This document shows positions 43,912 to 53,099 of a stretch of DNA of 64,000 nucleotides, piece by piece. This stretch comes from Schmidtea nova. Taxonomy: Eukaryota. A program made the translations under genes and the position numbers. The first letter of the stretch is position 1, and every line of letters starts with the position of its first letter. The DNA is taken from NCBI GenBank assembly GCA_044892505.1, contig CM097884.1:27838001-27902000 (forward strand), read 5' to 3'. The notes beneath the pieces were generated by a model. That model did not search any database and had not been told where the DNA came from. It saw only the letters and a list, made by a program, of their open reading frames with translations.

Positions 43912-45288
43912 ATGGACAGAGAAGAACGAATAATCGAAATTTTGAGATTAGAAAACAGAAAATGGAGCAAGAGGCTCACATGCGGAAAATGTAACAATTT
44001 ATTACGAGAACCCAAACAAACGATATGTGGATGTAGAATATGTACAAAATGTATACAAGAATTAGATGCAACAGGAATAACAACATGCCCAGAATGTAAG
44101 GAAGGAAGAATAGTGTTGGACGAAATCAGAACGGACAAAGCAACCCAAAGAGAAATTATGAGCACCACAACGGAGTGCGTAAATACACCTTGTACATGGC
44201 AAGGACAAATAAGTAATCTAGAAAATCATATGGAAAAGTGCGAGGAGAAAGGAGCCGAATGCGAGAAGTGCCAACAAACAATAATTCTAAAGAAGAGAGA
44301 ACAACACAAGGACGAATGTAAAGAAGAAGAAATCGCATGCGAGTATTGTGAAACTCGAGAAACAAGGGGAAAAATCGAAGAAGAACATTTGAATATAACA
44401 GAGGAGAAAGTATGCGGACAATATGTAAGTAACTGTCCAAACAATTGCGAAATAACAGAAGAAGTAAAGTTACATGAACATTGGAAAGTATGTACCGAAA
44501 GACCAAGAGAATGTCCATATAACAAACAGGGATGCAAAGAAAAGCGGACGCGGCAATCAATGAAACAACACCTAGAAGAAGCAGCACTAACGCATGTAGA
44601 AATGACAAACGAAACGACAAAAGAAACGGAACAGACAATCCAGAAATTAGAAAAAGAAGTAGAATCACATAAGATAATGATGAGTTTACTACTAGAAACA
44701 AGAGAGCAGTTTGAACTAACTCGCGAAAGAATGGAAAAGAAAATAATAGCCATAGAAGAATTAGGAAAAGGAATGAAAATACAATATAATCAGTTAATAC
44801 GAGAAATTGACGAAAGAAGGGACTTACCAATTGCACCTTACCTATGGAAAGTAACAGATTTCAGAGACAAACTAGCAGAAGCCAGAAATATGACGAAAAC
44901 AGCAGTAATAAGCCCACCATTTTATTTATGGAAAAACGGGGTTAAAATAAGATTGAAAGTATACCCAAATGGAGACGGAAGAGGACAAGGAACACACGTG
45001 TCAATATTTTTCTCGCTATGTAAAGGAGAATACGATGACCTAATAGAATGGCCCTTGAAAGTAGGAGTCATTATAAGAATCAAAAGTATGGGAAAACCAG
45101 TAGAAAAGTTCTTTGAAACAGACAAACATACGAGTACGAGCGAAAAACCAACGACAGAATGCGGACTAGCAGCAGGAGAACCAATGTTTATAAGGAAAGA
45201 AAACCTATGGGAGCGACTATATGCAGACACGCTATACATAGAGATGGAGAGGCATGAGAAAACAGACAGAAAAGGATGGTTGGCGTAA
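43912..45288 (+). CDS. Full-length TRAF-family protein (RING, TRAF zinc fingers, coiled coil, MATH/TRAF-C), 458 aa, intronless
   Basis: CGKCNNLLREPKQTICGCRICTKC RING; CTWQG..LENHMEKC fingers; YLWKVTDF..SPPFY..YPNGDGRGQGTHVSIFF..GEYDDLIEWP MATH signature. Confidence 0.93.
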   Translation: MDREERIIEILRLENRKWSKRLTCGKCNNLLREPKQTICGCRICTKCIQELDATGITTCPECKEGRIVLDEIRTDKATQREIMSTTTECVNTPCTWQGQISNLENHMEKCEEKGAECEKCQQTIILKKREQHKDECKEEEIACEYCETRETRGKIEEEHLNITEEKVCGQYVSNCPNNCEITEEVKLHEHWKVCTERPRECPYNKQGCKEKRTRQSMKQHLEEAALTHVEMTNETTKETEQTIQKLEKEVESHKIMMSLLLETREQFELTRERMEKKIIAIEELGKGMKIQYNQLIREIDERRDLPIAPYLWKVTDFRDKLAEARNMTKTAVISPPFYLWKNGVKIRLKVYPNGDGRGQGTHVSIFFSLCKGEYDDLIEWPLKVGVIIRIKSMGKPVEKFFETDKHTSTSEKPTTECGLAAGEPMFIRKENLWERLYADTLYIEMERHEKTDRKGWLA

Positions 45289-45401
45289 TGAAGGAAGTAA
45301 CCATGTAAATAAAATGTATAGAAACAATATGAATTAACAAATAATCAAAAACAATAAAAATAAAAAATGATTAAATATTCTTTTTATCTGTAATTATAGA
45401 A

Positions 45402-46463
45402 ATGGGAAATATAGAAGTAACCTTACAAGAAGTAACAGTACATCAAGACGAAATGATCAGAAATCACATGGAGCGGATTGGGATATGGATTCATGCCTAT
45501 TATCGAAAACAAGAGGAATTGGAAAGACAAACCGAAGCACTAAGAGAAGCCGAGAAAACGAATCAAAGAAGTAGAGAAAAAATAGAAGAAGTCTACAAAC
45601 TGCTAAGACAACAAAACGAATACTACAAAGAGATGATGAAAGAGCGACGAGAGGATAGGGATAGACAACAAATAAAAACAGACCATAAGATTCAGTCAAT
45701 CACAGAACAAGCAAGATATTGGAAGAAAGAGGCAAAAGACTCTTACAAGGAAGCAAGGGAGATAATAGAACGAACAGCGTACAGCGATGATTGGAAACTG
45801 TTTAAAGAGATCGATGAATTAAAAGAGGAATTAGGACAAAAGATCAGTCAAGAAACGTCAAATAAAGTATGGAGTAAGAAAAGACAACAATTTATCAGAG
45901 AACAAGCCAAGAAAATAAAAGAATTAACTTATCAAGTACGAAGAATGGGAGAAGATTTAGCCAATCAAGAACAATTAAAAGGTATGCTGACCGGAATGTG
46001 GAATCACAAGGAAGAAAACATGAAAAGAGACATAAATGGATATCAAGGAGTGATCACCCAGAAGAAAATAGAATTAAAAAGAACTAAAGAAAGACTGGAA
46101 GAAACGAGGCAGAGTTATGAAGAGAACATAACAAATTTGACAAAAGAAAACGAAGAACTGAGAAAGAAGTTGGCAGAAAAACCAACACCAATAAAAGAAA
46201 CAAGTATCACAGCAGCAGTGACCGAAATGATGGAGAAGGAAGAGAGAGAGAAAAAATTGGCAGAACTAGAAAAACAAATTGAAACCCTAACAGAACAAGC
46301 GAACTATCTGGAATACTTATTAGATGAAGAGATCCAGATATCCCACACATACCGAGAAGAAGTCGAAATGTGGAGGAGCACGGTAATATGGATGCCACTC
46401 CCCATAAATCAGGTGGAACCTCAAGACGAAGGTTTTCACGAACCCAACGAAACCCTTGTATAA
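45402..46463 (+). CDS. Accessory long coiled-coil protein, 353 aa
   Basis: Long ATG-started ORF, Glu/Lys/Arg-rich heptads throughout; no recognised domain. Confidence 0.75.
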   Translation: MGNIEVTLQEVTVHQDEMIRNHMERIGIWIHAYYRKQEELERQTEALREAEKTNQRSREKIEEVYKLLRQQNEYYKEMMKERREDRDRQQIKTDHKIQSITEQARYWKKEAKDSYKEAREIIERTAYSDDWKLFKEIDELKEELGQKISQETSNKVWSKKRQQFIREQAKKIKELTYQVRRMGEDLANQEQLKGMLTGMWNHKEENMKRDINGYQGVITQKKIELKRTKERLEETRQSYEENITNLTKENEELRKKLAEKPTPIKETSITAAVTEMMEKEEREKKLAELEKQIETLTEQANYLEYLLDEEIQISHTYREEVEMWRSTVIWMPLPINQVEPQDEGFHEPNETLV

Positions 46464-46538
46464 ATGTGCAGAAACCCAGTGTAAATAAATTATGTAAAAT
46501 AAAAAGTGTCAAGCTGTATTGACCAATGTATAAAAGAG

Positions 46539-47108
46539 ATGAGAAAGCTCGCAATAGCAACACTCCTATGGTTAACAACCATTACCCTACAGAGAGAAGA
46601 TTTACAACTAACCGAAACCCAATTACGAGTGCTACCCGACAAAATCTACCAGAAAGTAGACAGACTAATCGAAGAAGTAATTAGAGAAATCAACGAATTC
46701 CGACAGAAATACCCCCACAATCAAGATCGTCAAATCCAACAAATCTTCGATAACCAACAACTGAAACTAGAAGAAACCCGAAAAATCCTGAAAGAAGGTA
46801 GAGAACCCATAAAAAGCCTATCCCAAGCTGAAATAGAATATCAAGAGAAATGGATCATAGCAATCATCATAATCCTAGCAGTCAGCACAACTATCATCGC
46901 AATCACAATCCTGCTTGCCTCGTATAGAATAAAAATCCTAAAACAAAAGCAGAAAATCTACAACCAAACCTCCAGACGAGATAACCGAGCTCAAAGACGA
47001 ATAAGGAGCCATCTCAACCACATTCAAACCCACTACGAGCTACAAATAATCAACGAGAGGACCCGAACTCAACCCCAAGCGAGCCAGACGATCGAACAAA
47101 TTGTATAA
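46539..47108 (+). CDS. Accessory predicted type I membrane protein (ATG at 46539; ORF-finder GTG start at 46506)
   Basis: Signal-like MRKLAIATLLWLTTITL, helical ectodomain, TM WIIAIIIILAVSTTIIAITILLASY, basic tail. Confidence 0.7.
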   Translation: MRKLAIATLLWLTTITLQREDLQLTETQLRVLPDKIYQKVDRLIEEVIREINEFRQKYPHNQDRQIQQIFDNQQLKLEETRKILKEGREPIKSLSQAEIEYQEKWIIAIIIILAVSTTIIAITILLASYRIKILKQKQKIYNQTSRRDNRAQRRIRSHLNHIQTHYELQIINERTRTQPQASQTIEQIV

Positions 47109-47280
47109 ACATTATGATAACTTATCGAACTATTGTGACAAATCATTACATTTTGACTATTTAATGACAAACTTTATGATATGTATAAATTCGATCACCT
47201 TATGTGATTTTTCTTTGCATGTATAACTTTATAAAACTTTTTATGGATGATGAATATAAGTATTTATGTATAATTAATTG

Positions 47281-47310
47281 CGGGACGCAATTTTAGGGGT
47301 CCCCGGGTGA
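47281..47310 (+). other. Polypurine-tract position, non-canonical G-rich sequence
   Basis: cgggacgcaattttaggggtccccgggtga lies directly before the TG of the 3' LTR. Confidence 0.5.
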
Positions 47311-48730
47311 TGTTGGGCCCGCCAAATCACCTAAAAAACACAACAAAACGAACAAAAGCACGAAACAATAAAGAAATAATAAAAATAAAAATAGCAAGAA
47401 AAACAAATTAAAAATAACAATAAAACGACAAATAATAATTGACAAATTTTCAGTAAGAGGAAATTTTGAAAATAAACCGGTAAACAACCGCAAAGGGGGG
47501 CCTGAAATCGGAAAAAATAGAATTAAATAAAATAATAGTGCAAATAATTAATTAATTACTTGGAAAATCAGGACCACCCAGCGAGAAACCGGAAAAGGAA
47601 ACAAAATAATGTTTAGATTAGATTAAAATAATAAAAATACTTTGATGGACGGCCTGATCCTGATTGGTCAATCCAACCAGACGGATCAGTATAAATACCG
47701 ATCCAAAAATCACAGACTTAGACTTTTACTTTTCACTCAAGATCAAGACTAAACTTTGATTTGAGTAAATTTTTTGAAAAAACCGAATTTCATACAAGGA
47801 ACCACATATTCAAGTACGGAAGTAATTTTTTTTATTTTTTATCTTATATGATGTACCCATGATTTTTAGTTTAATTAAAATCTTATATGTAAACGTTATC
47901 TTATATTTTTTTTTTGATATTTTAATGCATATAGTTATACTTCCTATGCTGCTCACGCGGCGAGGGAGTCCGAGTCGTCGTTGTGGGGCCTCACGGTCTC
48001 ACATGGCGGTTCAACCTTTTTATTGTTTTGGTTTTCATTTTTTGGTAGTTGAAATAATTAAACTAAATCATTTAACTAGATATTTATCAGCGAGATTAGA
48101 GAATTTTAATGCTTATTTAGTCGAGTAAAATTTTCAGTCACGAAATATCGATAATGCGAATACGTCCAGACAGTTTTCTGGCGATAAGTAAAAAATCATC
48201 ATTTGGTTGTACAGGGGACGTAGCACAGCGGGCGGTAGAGAAGGTCTAAGGGGATACCAGGAGGGGGTAAAGTACCCGATAGGTGTCAGGTACCCGAGAC
48301 AAATGGGTTGACACGCTGAGGTTAAATTTGAGGACGAGAGAGCAGGTATAACATGACAAGTTCTATAAAATTTTCCAAGTAAATCGATCAAACTGATGAA
48401 TTTCAATTAAGGTCAAGGTACGGGATATAGCAACTGCATGACAGAGATTAGTAAGACTGAAAATCATAAATTCTAAAAATACTTTAAATTCCAATCTAAT
48501 AAAACCAAAAATCTGTAATTCTAAAAATACTTTTATGCCGATCGCTGTACATAGCGCGGTAGCTCAAACTAATCTTATCCTGATCGTCGTACATGGCGCA
48601 GGGAAACAAATATCTTCTCCGACCGTGGTATATCGCGGTGATGGTTTAAAAATGAGATGGTATTAACTAACAGGATTGAGATTAAATATAATTTACATTC
48701 AACTCTTTATTGAATAAAATAAAATGACAG

Positions 48731-49207
48731 ATGCTGACATCATTGAACGAAAGATTAATGCGGATTCGGAACTCAGGAAAGGAGGACAGGGCGAATGGAT
48801 GGGCAAACCAGCTCAAGGAGTTGCCCCAGCCAATTCTGCGGACCATTAACGCCCAAGCGTACAAGTGGCGACAAGGGTTTGGTCGAAAGTGCCCGTTTTC
48901 CATCTGGGACGGAGGAAGCGATGAAATACTCTATCGAGGAGGACCGAACTGGCCTATTTCCCAAAGGCCGTACTCAAATAAGTTTGGCCGATTAATCGTA
49001 CTGATCAAGGACACAGATGGACGGACAAGCCGTGTAATTTATTGGGGGCATATCCCTCGTCGAGAGCTATGCCAACTGGGTCTGTACGAGTTCTTACCAC
49101 GAAAACCGTTCGGCAAGGAGTGCCAGAAAGGACAACCCTCGTTCTCTTGGGCTCGTCTTCGTCAGAAACCGATTAACAGCGAATTGCATAGTTTGTTTCG
49201 GAGATGA
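48731..49207 (+). CDS. ORF-A copy in 3' LTR
   Basis: Same translation as 21868-22344. Confidence 0.8.
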   Translation: MLTSLNERLMRIRNSGKEDRANGWANQLKELPQPILRTINAQAYKWRQGFGRKCPFSIWDGGSDEILYRGGPNWPISQRPYSNKFGRLIVLIKDTDGRTSRVIYWGHIPRRELCQLGLYEFLPRKPFGKECQKGQPSFSWARLRQKPINSELHSLFRR

Positions 49208-49385
49208 AAACTGATTAACAAATGTTGAAATTGTGTTAAAATATTAGAGTTCATTAGTGAATTTTTTGTTTTTGAGTTTTGTTTCGCATTTTAATAGTTC
49301 ATATTCGTAACCTAATAATCCTATGATCAGATTTTAATTTTCATATAATTAAATCATAGAGTAAATATCCTAAATAAATTATAGA

Positions 49386-49982
49386 ATGAACCCCGATTTG
49401 ATGCAGAGAGAATTTGAAAAGATGTGGCGGATTCGGAGAGCCCAGGACAAGGAATTGGGTCTCCTCAAGGCACAATTGATCAAAGCCGAGGCACAGATTG
49501 CATACTTGCGCAAAAGCTGGTTTGCTCCGGCCAGAATGAAAGAGCAAATCAGTAAAACCGAGCGCGCCCAACAGACTGCAGCCGATTACCAAATGGAATG
49601 GGAGGCTACAAAGATAGAGCTCCGAAAATGCCTCCATTCCGTGACTGCCTCATATATTGAGAAGGAGCTCAGAGACCAAATCCGTCCGGTTACGTACCAA
49701 GCGTGGACATCAGAAAAGAAGACGGTAAATTCCATTGGCACGGATGTCGCCGATCTAATCGAAAGTCGGAATGAGACAGCTCCTGCAGCAAATTCAACCA
49801 CCTCATCGGCGAATACGCACCAAAAACGCAAGCGCATTGGGCAGAAACGGCGAAGACAGAGAAAATTATTTGCCCAGCAATTACAAAGCCAAGTCGATGG
49901 TCTACATCAGATGACCGAGGAGGCATTATTGGCGGAGATTTTTCCTCCGGCGGGAGTTTTTACCGAACTCATTAAAAATTAA
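49386..49982 (+). CDS. ORF-B copy in 3' LTR
   Basis: Same as 22523-23119 except one L/F change. Confidence 0.85.
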   Translation: MNPDLMQREFEKMWRIRRAQDKELGLLKAQLIKAEAQIAYLRKSWFAPARMKEQISKTERAQQTAADYQMEWEATKIELRKCLHSVTASYIEKELRDQIRPVTYQAWTSEKKTVNSIGTDVADLIESRNETAPAANSTTSSANTHQKRKRIGQKRRRQRKLFAQQLQSQVDGLHQMTEEALLAEIFPPAGVFTELIKN

Positions 49983-50455
49983 ATAAATTGTTGTATTGGC
50001 TTAAGAATTTCATCGTTCGTTTAAATCGATTTAATTAACTTTACCAATGATTAGATAAAGATAGAACAAAAGTATAAATTCATTTTACAAAATATCGAAT
50101 AGAGATAATTAAATAATTAAGCGAGCATTCGTTGAAATACTTCTCGCAGACTGAGCAATGATAAAAATAAATTTTCTGAAAGATTCACGCGGAATACATA
50201 AGTAGATGATTAAAGCATAAGTCCTTCTAACGGCAGCGATGAACCCGTAAACATAAATGGGGAGTAGTACTAGCGATAGTGCTCACCTGCCCATCATTGT
50301 TTAACCACCCTGCGCATCACCAACTTGATTATATAGGGAAAAAATCAAGGGCGCTTGAGTGTAGAATTGCAATTTTGTGCATGATCATGGATGAGGGAAT
50401 CCCTAGTCATTGTTAGAACATTTTTCATCTAACCCCTCCATGAACCCAGCAAAAG

Positions 50456-53053
50456 ATATATTTTGTTGAGTAATTTTCATTTAATTATTATATTATTCGG
50501 GTAATCCATAATATTATTTTTGTTCTAAAATCACTAAGGAGAGCCTCGTCGGTTACCCACCACGAGGTTAACGGTCTCTTGGTCGCAACTCTTTCTGGGG
50601 TTGCGTCGATGTGGTGACATGCGCCAACATTAAAGGGGAGCGGAAGAAATTTGCACCAAGGATATTTTTATAAAGTGTTTTCATAAAATTGGTAGTTATA
50701 TTTTCGTGACGCATTTCATATATTGTTATAGTTATATTAAAACCCTAGGATAGTTTGGAATTATAATAAAATATAGAGGGTTCTCTAAATCTATCATTCC
50801 AAACCATAGGACAGCTCATAAAAATTTCCCGAATATATTTGAAAGCAGGGGGTATCGTATGATGACGCGTATTAATACCTCATAATTTAGTTTTCAAAAA
50901 TCTCACATTGACTTATAGTCCGACAATATGGGTGAACGGGGTATTGAATTTCCTCCCAAAAATCACGATAATCGGCGAAAGGATGATATGCCACGCCCTG
51001 TAAGTCACTGAAATCCAATCACGACTGAGCATAAATGATTGCGAATAAATTATGTCGGTAAAACTAACATAGAAAAACAAATATGCAAGTGAATTGTACT
51101 ACCCAGAAATGTGGATTAATCTAATCCCATTAAGCATAGCCAAAGGTCAAATCTTTGAAGCATCGCGAATAGATTGTTTACGTAAATTACGAACATCATT
51201 TGTATAGACAAATAAGCCGACATCCATTGATGAAGCAAGCATGCATAGATAGTAGTGAGTGTTCAGGTAGACCGACTTGCCGATACCGGTTGGTTATATC
51301 GTGACCATTGGGATATAAATATTTATATGAAGAATCAATGCAATTATACTATTTCAGTTAATCTATAGACAATTTACATCATTTAGAATTGGTAGCTTAA
51401 GCAAAGAGCGATCCAAAAGAACACTCGAAGTTATGTTCCAAGACTTCTACGTATGTAAGGACCCGTCAGAGCATTCCGATCAAGAATCCAGTCTCCTCCC
51501 AATTAAAGCTCTCCCTCGAGAAGTTAGCCTAGAAGTAAATGTCCATATGTGGTGTTGGCGAAAGGATTTCAAGCATCGTTCGCCTTTCAGGATTTCGGAC
51601 AACAACTCACTCAATTAAATCTCCTGGCCATCCACTGAGTCAGATACAGGATCAAAACTCTTTCCAATGTGGTTCGTAGTTATAAAAGACGAAGCCACTC
51701 TTCCCCGATGGATTATATGCTTCGATTCCATTCCGCTCACATACCTCAACCAATTAGGGTTCGTGCTCCTCGGAAATCCACGAGATCTCAGAACTGGGGA
51801 AGCAAAGAACTTCTCCAAATAACCAAATGCATTCGATGAAAAATAACGCCTAAGATCTACCTGGGGCTCAAAGATCGTGATCAGAGAGGTCTTCATCTTC
51901 AAGTAATCCTTATGCTGGCAGCCAGATGCCTCAATTTATGGCACAGATGGGATCAGGCTCGAGGCCGCTACCAATCATAAGAATTTATGCGAAGATCCAA
52001 AAACTATCAAATCTAACTTTATGTTGTGATAAACGTTGAAATTGGTGAAGTTATGAATTAAATCATTTCGTTGTTTGTTTTTCTTTTATACATTTTAAAT
52101 TTAAGTTAATTAATTTGGTGATCAAATGAGAAGGAGAAAAAGTACATGAAAGCGCACACGTAGACCTATACGAGAACGGCGGGTCAGGGCGCTAAATCAT
52201 TTTCGATTTATATGAACTAGTAAAATTATTTATTTTGAAATCGGGAATGGATGCCAACTTGACCCCTACGACTAAGATCCTTAGATTGCTCAGAACCCTC
52301 AGAAAGGAGAATTTCGAACTAAAAGGCGCCATCGCGAGACGAACCTATGAGATTGATAACAATTCCAATGGATCGAACGTCTTCAACAAACCTTGGAGGA
52401 ACAGTCGATCGAGCTCACGGCTTCTAAATGCGAATTAGTAATTGCAGGCTCAGATTCGCCCCATGACGCTGGAACGATGGTCCAGTCCGCCAACGTCCAC
52501 GAAAGAAACTCAGGCGGAAGAACTAACGAACTCTAACGTGATGGAAGTCGCTAATTAAAGTACTCTACCCACGACTTCCTCATCCAATTCAAAGGTTAGA
52601 AAACGAAACCGGGTGGAAGCAAAGCTATAAAGGGAACCACGAACTTTCACCGAAAAACTTAATATTCAAGTTGATTGACTCAACGAGTTAAGTGAGATTC
52701 AATTATTGAACGTTATTGATATTAATGTATTGCAAAATACAAAATTGAAGGTTGTGTATCGTCTTATTTTATTTAGAATAATAGTATAAAGAAATTACTG
52801 ATTGGAGTCAAACTGTAAAGATTTTGGGACCGGGAATATAGTGAAATCATCGGTCTTCTATCGACCGTGAAACCGAGTATGTGAAAAAGGAAAGTAGTGG
52901 TCACATACACCGTATCATACAGTACAAACGTGGGATTTGGCTAGGGACATTCTACGGGTTTCATAGCGGAGAAAATAAACATTTTTTATGTTGGTGGAGC
53001 TAACCCTATTAAAACATTGTAACTCAAATGGAAAATTATCACCAAACACCAGC
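50456..53053 (+). mobile_element. Older LTR remnant R4 (ORF-A-like about 51433-51900, ORF-B-like about 52235-52720)
   Basis: IKALPREVSLEVNVHMWCWRKDFKHRSPFRI; IELTASKCEL..FTEKLNIQVD*LNELSEIQLL; ends caccagca. Confidence 0.6.
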
Positions 53054-53099
53054 AAACTTAATGTGGAATATATTTTTAATAGCATTCGGCACCGTATTT

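Larger units (their letters stand above)
20448..50451 (+). mobile_element. Giant full-length Ty3/Gypsy (Metaviridae) LTR retrotransposon, 30,004 bp, Burro-like
   Basis: Direct repeats 20448-23588 and 47311-50451, each starting TGTTGGG and ending CCCAGCA. TSD AAAG at 20444-20447 and 50452-50455. PBS follows the 5' LTR. PR-RT-RH-INT order is the Gypsy order. Confidence 0.96.
47311..50451 (+). repeat. 3' LTR (3,141 bp), contains two ORFs
   Basis: Copy of 20448-23588, followed by TSD AAAG. Confidence 0.96.

Noticed and set aside
26240-46578. Dozens of minus-strand ORFs opposite the polyprotein and accessory genes
   Set aside because: Leu/Phe/Ser/Ile-rich shadows of an A-rich sense strand; no motifs.
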